From positions 96,001 to 160,000 of the forward strand of contig JANNWY010000170.1 in NCBI GenBank assembly GCA_031409335.1: 64,000 nt of DNA, read 5' to 3'. The stretch comes from Chthoniobacteraceae bacterium. GTDB lineage: Bacteria > Verrucomicrobiota > Verrucomicrobiia > Chthoniobacterales > Chthoniobacteraceae. Below the pieces are notes generated by a model. It was not told where the DNA came from and did no database searches. It worked only from the letters and a program-made list of their open reading frames with translations. A program made the position numbers and the translations under genes. Shown here one piece after another: positions 8,700 through 17,818 of this stretch. Each line of letters starts with the position of its first letter. Position 1 is the stretch's first letter.

Positions 8700-10520
8700 A
8701 TGAAACACGCCCGCTCCCTCGCAATCGTGCTGGCCGCGCTCGCGGCTCCGCTTTTCCCGCAAAACATCCGCGCCGAGGCCGAAGTCTCGTTCGCGTATTT
8801 TCAAGAAGCGCTGTCGCCTTTCGGCGAATGGATCGAGGTCGCGGACTACGGCCTGTGCTGGCGACCGACGGGCGTGGCGGAAGACTGGGCGCCTTACACC
8901 GATGGCTATTGGGCTTACACCGATGCGGGCTGGACCTGGGTCAGTTACGAGGATTGGGGCGGCATCACTTATCACTACGGGCGCTGGATTCATTTGGTGG
9001 GCGAGGGCTGGGTCTGGGTGCCGGAATACGATTGGGGACCGGCGTGGGTTTCCTGGCGCTCGAACGACGATTACGTGGGCTGGGCACCGCTGCCGCCGGA
9101 GGCGCGCTGGGAGGAAAACACGGGCTTCAGCACATGGGTGGATACGAGCTATGACATCGGGCCGGACCACTATCGCTTCTGCCACACGCGCGACTTCGGA
9201 GCGCCGGTGCTCGCGCCGATCCTGCTGCCGTGCGAGCGCAATGTGACGATCATCGTGAACACGGTGAACATCACCAACATCACTTTCAACCGGCACAACT
9301 CCCAAGTCTTTTGCGGCGGGCCGAATTTTGGACGCATCAACCAGCACGTGCATCGGCCGATTCCTTCCATGAAGCTGCACTGCGAAGATCGTGAAGTGCG
9401 GGGGCCGCACGGGAACCGGACGCCGCAGATCGTGCGCGGAAATCAAATCGCGCTCTACGCTCCGAAGGTGAAACGGCCCGTGGATTTGAAGGCGCTGCCG
9501 ATCACTCCGCAGCGCGTGGTCGGTGCGGACAAGGTGAACCGCGGCTGGTCGCGCGTGCCGGACCTCGCGGCGCAGCAGCAGATCAAACAGCGGCTGCAAA
9601 AGCAGAGCGAAGGGCTCAATCCGCGCACCGCCCCGGCACGACCGGTGAACCCTGCGGACTTGGTTGGCGTTCCGACAAAAGCGGACCCCACGGCGCGACC
9701 GCCGACTGCGCTCGTCCGGGATCGAAGCGGCCCCGCGCGGAACCCAAGCCGGCCATCGCTTCCAGCCATGCTGAACCAGCCAAGGCAACCCGTCACTGAA
9801 GCAAAACCCGCGGCGCAACCTGCCAGTCCGGCGGTGAATCCTCCAGCCGTCGCGGAACGAGTGGAAGCTCCCGCAAATCCGCCGCCGAACGTGACGCGAC
9901 CGGTTGCGGCAAGACCTCCTGGCAACCCGACCGTGCCGAACAGCATTCGTCCACCGCAGTCGAGGCCCGAGCCATCGCGTTCGCCGCAAGTGGCCGTGCC
10001 GGATGTTGCCGCTCGCGCCGCCGAAACAGAGCGAGGTCGGGTGCAGCAACAGCAGCAGGAAGATGCACAACGTTCCGCGATCGCCCGGCGGCAGGCCGAG
10101 TCCGCGCAGCGCGCCAGCCAGGTCCGCGAGCGGCAGATGCAGCAGCAGCTGCAAGGCGAGCAGCGCGCGGCGGAAGTGCGCAATCAAGAGGCCCAGGCAC
10201 GAAGCCAGCAGGCGGAAGCCGCGAGCCGTCAGCGGGAAAACGCACAGCGCACTCAACCCGCGAACGAAAATCGCCAGCAAGCAGTGCAGCAACAGCAGGC
10301 CGCCCAACGCGCAAACGAAAATCGCCAGCAAGCAGTGCAGCAACAGCAGGCTGCCCAACGCGCAAACGAAAACCGTCAGCAGCAGACCCGGCAGGCGCCT
10401 CCGCAGCGCGAATACGTCGCGCCACCATCCCGCCCGGCCCAGCAGGAGCAATCGCGACCCGCCCAAGCCCCTAAAAAAGAGGGCGACGATGACAATAAGC
10501 GGCAGCGCTCCGGGCGATAA
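8700..10520 (+). CDS. Secreted DUF6600-like protein with Pro-rich linker and Gln/Arg-rich tail
   Basis: Signal peptide; aromatic domain LSPFGEW, W.PYTDG.W.YTD.GWTWVS, YHYGRW, WGPAWVSWR, GWAPLPP. Confidence 0.8.
   Translation: MKHARSLAIVLAALAAPLFPQNIRAEAEVSFAYFQEALSPFGEWIEVADYGLCWRPTGVAEDWAPYTDGYWAYTDAGWTWVSYEDWGGITYHYGRWIHLVGEGWVWVPEYDWGPAWVSWRSNDDYVGWAPLPPEARWEENTGFSTWVDTSYDIGPDHYRFCHTRDFGAPVLAPILLPCERNVTIIVNTVNITNITFNRHNSQVFCGGPNFGRINQHVHRPIPSMKLHCEDREVRGPHGNRTPQIVRGNQIALYAPKVKRPVDLKALPITPQRVVGADKVNRGWSRVPDLAAQQQIKQRLQKQSEGLNPRTAPARPVNPADLVGVPTKADPTARPPTALVRDRSGPARNPSRPSLPAMLNQPRQPVTEAKPAAQPASPAVNPPAVAERVEAPANPPPNVTRPVAARPPGNPTVPNSIRPPQSRPEPSRSPQVAVPDVAARAAETERGRVQQQQQEDAQRSAIARRQAESAQRASQVRERQMQQQLQGEQRAAEVRNQEAQARSQQAEAASRQRENAQRTQPANENRQQAVQQQQAAQRANENRQQAVQQQQAAQRANENRQQQTRQAPPQREYVAPPSRPAQQEQSRPAQAPKKEGDDDNKRQRSGR
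10260..10385 (+). repeat. In-frame 51-bp tandem repeat (about 2.5 copies)
   Basis: Units at 10260-10310 and 10311-10361, partial from 10362; each encodes ANENRQQAVQQQQAAQR. Confidence 0.9.
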
Positions 10521-10628
10521 AACCCGGTCGGATCGCGAGGCGCAGCGGCCTCTTGGAGCGGCTCTTTATTTCTGGTAAATCCCACTAGCCGGGCAGAGTT
10601 CGCCATGCGAGTGTCCGCGCTCTTTCCC

Positions 10629-11711
10629 ATGAAAACCAAAGGCACCCTCACCCTCGCAATCGTCGCTTCGTGTTTCGCCGCTGAATTTTTGATCGGCGCG
10701 GATGCGCCGAAGAAATCAGATCCTGCCGCCGCGCCGACTCCCGGAGCATCAGCCAGCGTCGTGCCGAACGTGGTCGCGGTGGTCGAAGGCACCGAGATTA
10801 CAAAAGCCGAGCTGGACCAGACTGTGAGCGCATTCATGAGCCGGCGCGGACCCCAGGGCGGGAACGTTCCCGAATCGCAAAAGCCCGCCTTCCAGCGCAT
10901 GGTGCTCGACGATTTGATCATCGATCGGCTGATCGCAAAACGATCCGCGAAAGTGGAAGTCGGCGACGGCGATGTGAACAAGGAAATCGAGAACATCAAA
11001 AAGAATTTTCCGACCGAGGAAGAGTTCAACACGCAGCTCACGAAGTCGGGGCAGACCTTGGAAAGGGTCCGCGAAAACATCCGCACAAACTTGCGTCAGC
11101 GAAATTGGGTGGAGGAACAACTCAAGGGGAAGGACGCGGTCGCCGACGCGGAAATTGCGGAGTTTTACACGAAAAATCCCGAGCAATTCAAGTCACCGGA
11201 GAAAGTCCGCGCCAGCCACATCCTGGTGGCCGTGCCGATGGATGCGGCCCCGGAAGTGGCCGCGGAGAAGGAGAGGACCGCAAAGGAATTGCTCGATCGC
11301 GTAAAGAAGGGCGAGGATTTCGCTAAGCTCGCGGCGGAGAAATCCGAAGACCCGAGCGCCAAGCAGAACAGCGGCGATCTCGATTTTTTCAGCAAGGACC
11401 AGATGGTGCCGGAGTTCGCGGACGCAGCATTCAAGATGAAGCAGGACGAAGTGAGCGCCGAGCCGGTGCGCAGCCAGTTCGGCTATCATGTGATCAAAAT
11501 GACGGGCCGCAAGGACGCTGAGACGATGACGCTCGATCAGGTGAAACCTCAATTGCTCACGTATTTGAAAGGCCAGAAAAAGCAGGTGGAAGTGAAAAAG
11601 ATCGTCGAGGAAATGCGGGCCAAGGCGGACGTGAAAATCAATTTGCCGGACGTGCCCGTCACGGGTGCGACCACGGAGCCCGTCTCCGCGCCGCCCGCGC
11701 CGGCGAAGTAA
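10629..11711 (+). CDS. Exported parvulin (PpiC-type) peptidyl-prolyl isomerase, SurA/PrsA-like
   Basis: Signal peptide; VRASHIL, FAKLA...SED, GDL.FF...MVPEF..AAF, FGYHVIK. Confidence 0.92.
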   Translation: MKTKGTLTLAIVASCFAAEFLIGADAPKKSDPAAAPTPGASASVVPNVVAVVEGTEITKAELDQTVSAFMSRRGPQGGNVPESQKPAFQRMVLDDLIIDRLIAKRSAKVEVGDGDVNKEIENIKKNFPTEEEFNTQLTKSGQTLERVRENIRTNLRQRNWVEEQLKGKDAVADAEIAEFYTKNPEQFKSPEKVRASHILVAVPMDAAPEVAAEKERTAKELLDRVKKGEDFAKLAAEKSEDPSAKQNSGDLDFFSKDQMVPEFADAAFKMKQDEVSAEPVRSQFGYHVIKMTGRKDAETMTLDQVKPQLLTYLKGQKKQVEVKKIVEEMRAKADVKINLPDVPVTGATTEPVSAPPAPAK

Positions 11712-11836
11712 TTGCGCTCGTGCGCCTCAGCGCGGGGGCGAAAAAAATGCGGGCAAATGGTTTGATGATCGCCGTGGTAGCTGTTGAAATTTTCACCCTG
11801 CGCGGCCTCCCGTGCTGAACCAAGAAACCAATCCAA

Positions 11837-13018
11837 ATGGCCCGCAAATCACGGAAGAACGTCGGCATCATCGGCCTCGGCATCATCGGTGCCCGGGTCG
11901 CGCAGGCGCTGCGCGCGGCGGGATTTCACGTCTTCGTGTGGAACCGGACGGCGAAACCCGCGCCAAATTTCCTCGGCTCGCCGGTGGATGTCGCGGAGAT
12001 TTGTGATGTCATCCAGATTTTCGTTTCCGACTCACAGGCGCTGTTTCAGGTGATCGACGCATTTGGCGGCGCGCTCACGGAAAATCACACGGTGGTGTGC
12101 AGCGCAACCGTCGGCCCGGAGGCGACGATCGAGGCGTCGCGGATAGTGAAGGCGAAGGGTGCGCGCTTTCTCGATGCGCCATTTACCGGCAGCAAAATGG
12201 CCGCGGAAAAGAGCCAGCTCGTTTATTACATCGGCGGCGAGGACGCGGCCTTCAAGAAGGCGGAACCGATGCTGAAGGCATCCAGCAAGTCGATCGTGCG
12301 CTGCGGCGAAATCGGCCACGCCGCCGTGTTGAAAGTCGCGACCAACATGATCACGGCCGTGACCACGCAGACCCTGGCCGAGGCGCTCGCGCTGGTGACC
12401 AAGGCGGGACTTTCACCCGAGACTTTCAAGACCGCGATCGAGAACAATGCCTGCCGCTCCGGCACCACCGACATCAAGCTGCCGAAGATGGTCGCCGCGG
12501 ATTACGACCCGCATTTTTCGCTGAAGCACATGTTCAAGGACGTGCAGCTCGCCATCCACATGGCGAACGCGCTCGATATCGAAGTCCCGGCGACGACGGT
12601 GACGGCGGGCGTGATGTACGGCGCGCTGAATCACGGCTGGGCGGAACTCGATTTCGCTTCGATCTTCAAACTGTACGACGGCGCGTTTCCACCATCGCGA
12701 GTCGTACCGCCGCCCCAGATCGATGGGCCGCGCGCGACGCCTGCGGTGGAAAAAACTTCCCTCGTCTCCGAAGCGAACGAGCCCGCGGCTCCGCCAAAAG
12801 CGCACGATGTTTCATCGCAATCCAACGGCGAATCGAAGCCGATGGAAGTCGTCACCGACGTGCCAAAGGATGCGAAACCCGCGGGCGATGCGGCGTCGGA
12901 CGAAATCAAATCTTCCGAAAAGGCCAGCGATGCTGTGGATGAAAAAGATTCGGCGGAGGACGGGAAAACGAAGCCGTTCAATCGGATCCGGCGCTTCTTT
13001 TCGCAGTCGCCAAAATAG
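11837..13018 (+). CDS. NAD(P)-dependent beta-hydroxyacid dehydrogenase family protein with disordered C-terminal tail
   Basis: IGLGIIG, WNRT, FLDAPFTGS, catalytic K in LKVATN, FSLKHMFKD. Confidence 0.87.
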   Translation: MARKSRKNVGIIGLGIIGARVAQALRAAGFHVFVWNRTAKPAPNFLGSPVDVAEICDVIQIFVSDSQALFQVIDAFGGALTENHTVVCSATVGPEATIEASRIVKAKGARFLDAPFTGSKMAAEKSQLVYYIGGEDAAFKKAEPMLKASSKSIVRCGEIGHAAVLKVATNMITAVTTQTLAEALALVTKAGLSPETFKTAIENNACRSGTTDIKLPKMVAADYDPHFSLKHMFKDVQLAIHMANALDIEVPATTVTAGVMYGALNHGWAELDFASIFKLYDGAFPPSRVVPPPQIDGPRATPAVEKTSLVSEANEPAAPPKAHDVSSQSNGESKPMEVVTDVPKDAKPAGDAASDEIKSSEKASDAVDEKDSAEDGKTKPFNRIRRFFSQSPK

Positions 13019-13036
13019 GAAGACCGGGCGCGCGGA

Positions 13037-13948
13037 ATGAGCGAACTCGCGGATCGATATCGCAGATTCCTGAAAGCGGGCGGCGTCGCGGATTTGAGCG
13101 ACCGCGTAAAGCTGCGCCTCACCGGAGCGGATCGGGTGCGCTTTCTCAACGGCCAGGTCACCGCGAATGTGCAAAAGCTCGCGCCGAACACAGCGTGGCC
13201 TGCGTGCGTGACGACTGCGAAGGGGCGGCTGTGTGCGGACGTGTGGTTGCACGCGACGGCGGACGCGCTCTTTGTCGATGCGGATGCGAGCGTGCGCGAA
13301 TCGCTTCCGCCGCGCTTCGAGCGCTACATCATTTCCGACGACGTGACGCTCGACGACGTTTCCGGCGAGCTGCGGCTCGTGCATGTGATTGCCCCCCTCG
13401 TCGAGCGACCCGGCGTCCGCGCAAATCGGTTCGGTCGTTCTGGCATCGACCTGTGGCTTCACCCCGAAGAATTTGAGAACGAATGGAAGGCTTTGACGGA
13501 TCAGTTTTGCGTCATGGATGAGCCGCTTCTCGAATCGCTCCGCATCGAGGCCGGCCTCCCGCGCTGGGGCCGCGAGCTGGACGAAAACACGCTCCCGCCG
13601 GAAGCCGGCCTCGAACGCACGCACATCGACTACGCCAAAGGCTGCTACATCGGCCAGGAAGTCATCTCGCGCTTGAAGAGCATCGGGCACGTGAATCGTG
13701 CGCTGGTCGGATTCGTCGCGCGCGAGCCGGAGGCGCTGCGCGCTGGCACCCGCATTTTCGCGCCAGGCGAAGGCGCGGTGGAAATCGGCGCGCTCACCAG
13801 CGCCGCGTGGAGTTTTGCATTGGAAAAGCCCGTCGCCCTTGGCTATCTCAAGCGCGGCTCGCCGATGGGCGAACTGCTCGCCCGCGAGGTTGGAGAAACC
13901 GGCCCGGGGCGGATCGTCATCGCGCAAGATCTCCCACTCATTTCATGA
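13037..13948 (+). CDS. YgfZ/GcvT family folate-binding protein
   Basis: G.DRVRFLNGQVT, RIEAG.P, signature KGCYIGQE. Confidence 0.92.
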   Translation: MSELADRYRRFLKAGGVADLSDRVKLRLTGADRVRFLNGQVTANVQKLAPNTAWPACVTTAKGRLCADVWLHATADALFVDADASVRESLPPRFERYIISDDVTLDDVSGELRLVHVIAPLVERPGVRANRFGRSGIDLWLHPEEFENEWKALTDQFCVMDEPLLESLRIEAGLPRWGRELDENTLPPEAGLERTHIDYAKGCYIGQEVISRLKSIGHVNRALVGFVAREPEALRAGTRIFAPGEGAVEIGALTSAAWSFALEKPVALGYLKRGSPMGELLAREVGETGPGRIVIAQDLPLIS

Positions 13949-14604
13949 AAAAATCGCTACTCACTTTGCTCATTCTCTCTCTCGTCGCGCCCGCGCTTTT
14001 TGCGGACGATGTGGCGCTCGTTTCCCTGCGGGTGGCGAAGGAAAAATATGTCCGCCAATTCGCGATTGAATTTGCCGAAGACGACGCGCCGCAGACCGTC
14101 GCAAATTTCAAAAAACTCGCGAAGAAGGGCTTCTACAAAGGCACGACGATCCATCGCGCGTTTGCCCACATGCTCGTGCAGATGGGCGATCCGCTCAGTA
14201 AAAAGAAGGATCGCAGCGCGGTCGGGACCGGTGGTCCGGGCTACACACTCGCGCCCGAAATCCGGCGCAAACACATCAAGGGAGCCGTCGCCGCGGCGCG
14301 GCTGCCGGACAAAATCAATCCGTCGCGCGTCTCGAACGGCAGCCAGTTTTACGTGTGCCTTTCAGCCACGCCGAGCTTCGACGGGCAATACACGGTTTTT
14401 GGCCGCGTCATCTGGGGTCTCGACACACTCGACGCCATCAGCACGAAGACCGTGGACAGCAACGACAACCCGGTCGAGCGCATCGAAATCCGCTCCGTAA
14501 AAATCCTCCCACGCGAAAAACTTCCCGCGCCACCCGCGCCGGAAAAGCCGGGTACGGTGACGCCAAAACCGGACAAAAAACCGTGGTGGAAAATCATTGG
14601 CTAA
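13945..14604 (+). CDS. Exported cyclophilin-type PPIase
   Basis: Signal peptide; APQTVANF..L...GFY, HR, Q.GDP, GGPGY, GSQFY, YTVFGRV. ATGA overlap with the upstream gene. Confidence 0.9.
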   Translation: MKKSLLTLLILSLVAPALFADDVALVSLRVAKEKYVRQFAIEFAEDDAPQTVANFKKLAKKGFYKGTTIHRAFAHMLVQMGDPLSKKKDRSAVGTGGPGYTLAPEIRRKHIKGAVAAARLPDKINPSRVSNGSQFYVCLSATPSFDGQYTVFGRVIWGLDTLDAISTKTVDSNDNPVERIEIRSVKILPREKLPAPPAPEKPGTVTPKPDKKPWWKIIG

Positions 14605-14608
14605 TCGC

Positions 14609-14637
14609 TTGCGGTGCCAATGACCCGCGCGTATAAA
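14609..14637 (+). promoter_or_regulatory. Putative sigma70 promoter of tRNA-Tyr
   Basis: TTGCGG, 17-nt spacer, TATAAA, 16 nt upstream of the tRNA. Confidence 0.55.
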
Positions 14638-14653
14638 ACGCCTCCCTTTTCCC

Positions 14654-14736
14654 GGGTAGGTACCGAAGTGGCCAAACGGGGCGGACTGTAAATCCGCTGG
14701 CTTACGCCTTCACTGGTTCGAATCCAGTCCTGCCCA
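14654..14736 (+). tRNA. tRNA-Tyr (GTA), CCA not encoded
   Basis: Acceptor GGGTAGG/CCTGCCC plus discriminator A; anticodon arm GCGGA-CT-GTA-AA-TCCGC; long variable arm; T-arm ACTGG-TTCGAAT-CCAGT. Confidence 0.96.
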
Positions 14737-14813
14737 CTCCCCACGCGACCGGGGCGATTTTACGGAAACGGTGAGCGGCGCGGGCATTTGGACCCACAGT
14801 TTTCCAAACGACC

Positions 14814-15914
14814 TCACCGCGCTCCCGCTGCGGAAGCGATGATCAGCAGCACGATGATGACCGCCAGCACGGCGAGCATGATTTTCACCCAACTGAGCGG
14901 GTGCTTGCCGGCGATGGTGCCGGTGTAGCCGTTGATGACGACTTGGAAGGTTTTCGCGCCGTAGTTGTAACTCAGGAGCCAGACGGGGACGAGGATGTGT
15001 TTGAAAGTCTGGCCGGAGTAATCGGCGGCGACTTCGAGATTGCGCTGGGTGTCGCCGGGGACTGCGGCGGCGCAGAGTCGCTCGGTCTTGCGATCCATGA
15101 CCTCGCGCGAGTGCTGCGCGGCGGCGATGAGGTCGATCTGGTATTGCTCGACGACCCAGCCGCTGAGGAAGCCAGGGTCGTAAGCCTTGAGGTCGGATGT
15201 GGTGGGGAAAGGCTCGATCTGGCGCAGGAGGTCGGGCTGCACACCCTTGGAGGCGGCGACGAGTTCATCGTCGAAAAAATGATCAAGCGAACCGGCGGCG
15301 GGCTCCCAGCGGGTTTTTTGCACCTGGCGCGTGCCGCGGCGGCCTTGGGCGTCGGTGTAGGATTCGGTCTCGTAGTAGTGGTAGCCAGCCTGGGCCGTCC
15401 AGTCGGCGTGGACTTGGGCATCAAAGGTCCAGTAGGGAAGATAGACGCCGTGGACGGTGTCGGTGAGGGCGCGGGATTTGAGCGCGTTTGGCGCAAACCA
15501 ACGGTTGCCGTACCACTGCCGGATTTTCTCGCGGACCTGCGTCTCGGGGATCTTGAATTCGAGCAGGTTTTCCGGGCGGATCGGCGCTTTGATTTGATCG
15601 TAGGAAACGAGCGACGAGGAGCCGCAGAAGTCACACCGCTGGCCGACGCGCGTCGGATCGAACACCGAGATCGCCTGGCAGCTCTGGCATTTCACCGAGG
15701 TCTTTTCGGCAGCCCAGCCACGGTGATTTTCGTCCACGTTGCGCAGCGCAGTGGCGAGATCGTTCTCGCGAACGTCGCCGCCGCCCGCAGGCAGTTCGCA
15801 CGGCGAAACCGTCCCGCAAAAAGGACAGACGAGCCCTTTCTTCGCGGGATTCCACTGCGCCTCCGCCCCGCACGCGGGGCAGGAGAATTTACTTTTGGCG
15901 ACGACTTCCGACAT
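14814..15914 (-). CDS. Zinc-ribbon membrane-anchored protein (usual partner of SPFH 'virion core'-like proteins)
   Basis: Four CxxC pairs (CPAC, CPFC, CQSC, CDFC), YLPYWTFD, VPVW...Y.Y, INGYTG, C-terminal TM helix. Confidence 0.82.
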   Translation of the reverse strand: MSEVVAKSKFSCPACGAEAQWNPAKKGLVCPFCGTVSPCELPAGGGDVRENDLATALRNVDENHRGWAAEKTSVKCQSCQAISVFDPTRVGQRCDFCGSSSLVSYDQIKAPIRPENLLEFKIPETQVREKIRQWYGNRWFAPNALKSRALTDTVHGVYLPYWTFDAQVHADWTAQAGYHYYETESYTDAQGRRGTRQVQKTRWEPAAGSLDHFFDDELVAASKGVQPDLLRQIEPFPTTSDLKAYDPGFLSGWVVEQYQIDLIAAAQHSREVMDRKTERLCAAAVPGDTQRNLEVAADYSGQTFKHILVPVWLLSYNYGAKTFQVVINGYTGTIAGKHPLSWVKIMLAVLAVIIVLLIIASAAGAR

Positions 15915-16072
15915 CAGCGGACTTCCAATTCGGGCACTTGATCGTCCTCGTACTTCTCGATGAGCACGCCGACGACTTCCATCAGTGAGCCGAGCGGATG
16001 GCTTTCGTCCTCGCCGACCAAGTCGATCAAGGTATCCAGCACGACGACGAGTTCAGGATACAAAACACTCAT
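15914..16072 (-). CDS. 52-aa acidic protein resembling the N-terminal part of HigA-type antitoxins, without HTH
   Basis: Not in the ORF track. Reads MSVLYPELVVVLDTLIDLVGEDESHPLGSLMEVVGVLIEKYEDDQVPELEVR*. ATGA overlap with the relE-like stop and TGATG overlap with the Zn-ribbon start. Confidence 0.65.
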   Translation of the reverse strand: MSVLYPELVVVLDTLIDLVGEDESHPLGSLMEVVGVLIEKYEDDQVPELEVR

Positions 16073-16338
16073 GGAAAGTGGCGATAAATGTCCCGACGAT
16101 GCAGCGCCCGCGCGAAAACGACGACGCCACCCCGCACGTAAAAGCCCACGCGATGATCCGCGATGCGAACGCGATAGGCTTCTTCATCTGCGCGCAATCG
16201 CTTCAGTCCGGCAATCTCCGCGAGGCTTTCCGCCGCCACGATTTCATCGAAGGCAAATGCCTTCACCCGCGCGAAAGCCGTGCCTCCGCGCAAACGTTTC
16301 AAGTCTTTGAGAAAGGTCGGCAAGTATTCGGCTTTCAA
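16069..16338 (-). CDS. RelE/ParE superfamily toxin
   Basis: F.KDLKRL, LKRL.....YRVRIADHRVG, HRRDIYR.FP. TTG start overlaps the upstream stop. Confidence 0.88.
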   Translation of the reverse strand: MKAEYLPTFLKDLKRLRGGTAFARVKAFAFDEIVAAESLAEIAGLKRLRADEEAYRVRIADHRVGFYVRGGVVVFARALHRRDIYRHFP

Positions 16339-16565
16339 TCGCCTTCAAGTTGGCGAAGCGCTTCGTCACGAGCGATCGGAGTCTCGCTCGCAACCTCCTC
16401 CATCGCTCGGGCCATTGCCCGATCTTCATGCTCTTCCAGCAACGCACGGAAAGCCGGATAGTCGAGTACGACCTTATCGACCTCACCATCAGGCCGAACC
16501 AAATACTCGCTAATCCACGGGAAATCGCCGCGCGGGAGTTCAGCCTGAATTTCGGCCAGCTTCAT
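16335..16565 (-). CDS. Putative antitoxin (RelB-like)
   Basis: 76-aa acidic ORF directly upstream of and overlapping the toxin; VVLDY..F..LLEEHED..M pattern. Confidence 0.72.
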   Translation of the reverse strand: MKLAEIQAELPRGDFPWISEYLVRPDGEVDKVVLDYPAFRALLEEHEDRAMARAMEEVASETPIARDEALRQLEGD

Positions 16566-16579
16566 TTGTGGGCGCCCGA

Positions 16580-17647
16580 TCAGCTCTTCAAAAACTCATC
16601 GATCGCTGCGCGCGTGATGCGCCAGGTCGCACCGATTTTTTTCCCTTTCAGGTCGCCTGCTTCGAGCGTCGCGAGCACGTCCGCCTCGGTCACGCCGAGG
16701 GCTTGCGCGGCTTCGGCTGGTGAGAGGAGCGCGGGTGCCGCGGTTGGGAGCGGCGGTGGCGCACCTGCCGCTGGCGTCGCTTGCGCGCCGAGCACGCCGC
16801 CCTGCTGCTGCATCATCTGCTGCGCCATCGCCATGCCGATCGCCATCTCGCTGGCCATGCCGCCGGCGCCACCGCCCTCGCCAGTGGCCATGCCCTGCGC
16901 CATTTGGAATTTCACGTAGTCGTTCAGATTCCCGACCGCCGCCATCGACGAACGTTTGTCGATCGCCGCCTCGACTTCCGGCGGCAGGCTCACGTTTTCC
17001 ACGACGAAGCTGGCAAACTCGATGCCGTATTTCGTCGTCGTCACGGGATTGATCAGCGGCAGCAGCGCGTTGCCGAGTTCGCTGTATTTCGTCGCCACAT
17101 CGAGCACCGGGATTTTCGCCTGCGCCAGCGCCTCGCTGAAGAGCGACACGATGCGCGAGCGCATGGTGTCGGCAAATTCATCGAGCCGGAAATGATGGTC
17201 GCTGCCGGCCACTTCCTTCAGGAAAATCTTCGGGTCCGTGATCCGAAAATCGTAGATGCCAAACGCGCGCGCGCGGACGATGCCGAAATCGTTGTCGCGC
17301 ATCATCACGGGGTTCGTCGTGCCCCATTTGTTGCCGGTGAAAAGGCGCGTCGTGACGTAATAAACGTCCGCCTTGAACGGCGTATTGAAGCCGTACTTCC
17401 AGCCCTTTAGCGTGGCGAGGACGGGGATGTTGTCGGTAACGAGCGTATGTTTTCCCGGTCCGAACGTGTCACCAAACTGACCGACATAAACGAACTGCGC
17501 GACCTGCGACTCGCGCACGATGAGCTGCGCGCCGTTCTTAATTTCCTTGTCCTCGTCCGGCCAGCGGTAGCTGAGGGTGTCACGCGAATCATCCGTCCAT
17601 TCGATGATTTCGATGAGTTCGCCTTTGATGAAGTCCATGAGTCCCAT
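16580..17647 (-). CDS. SPFH/band-7 'virion core protein'-like protein with C-terminal excisionase-type HTH
   Basis: MGL.DFIKGELIEIIEW, IKNGAQLIVRESQ, PG.HTL.T.NIP, KWGT.NP, ENVSLPPEV; C-terminal LLSPAEAAQALGV...G.LKGKKIG..WRI. Confidence 0.87.
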   Translation of the reverse strand: MGLMDFIKGELIEIIEWTDDSRDTLSYRWPDEDKEIKNGAQLIVRESQVAQFVYVGQFGDTFGPGKHTLVTDNIPVLATLKGWKYGFNTPFKADVYYVTTRLFTGNKWGTTNPVMMRDNDFGIVRARAFGIYDFRITDPKIFLKEVAGSDHHFRLDEFADTMRSRIVSLFSEALAQAKIPVLDVATKYSELGNALLPLINPVTTTKYGIEFASFVVENVSLPPEVEAAIDKRSSMAAVGNLNDYVKFQMAQGMATGEGGGAGGMASEMAIGMAMAQQMMQQQGGVLGAQATPAAGAPPPLPTAAPALLSPAEAAQALGVTEADVLATLEAGDLKGKKIGATWRITRAAIDEFLKS

Positions 17648-17818
17648 ATGTATGTGTTCCTTTCGGTGATGGTTTAAGTGACGTGCAACGCTAGAAAGGT
17701 TCCCCGGTCGATTCAAGTAGTGTTCCCCGGATTTTATCCGGGAGAATCCGGTCCGCAGGTGGTTCGTCCCCTGCTTTGAGGAATAGCGCAGCCGTCCTTT
17801 CGGCTGAGCCACACGACC

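Noticed and set aside
10260..10385. Possible CRISPR-like repeat
   Set aside because: Head-to-tail in-frame coding repeat with no spacers and no cas genes; no CRISPR array seen anywhere in the window.
14654..17647. Integrated island at tRNA-Tyr (TA genes and an excisionase-like HTH nearby)
   Set aside because: No integrase and no duplicated tRNA 3' end seen in the window; the HTH is fused to an SPFH protein.
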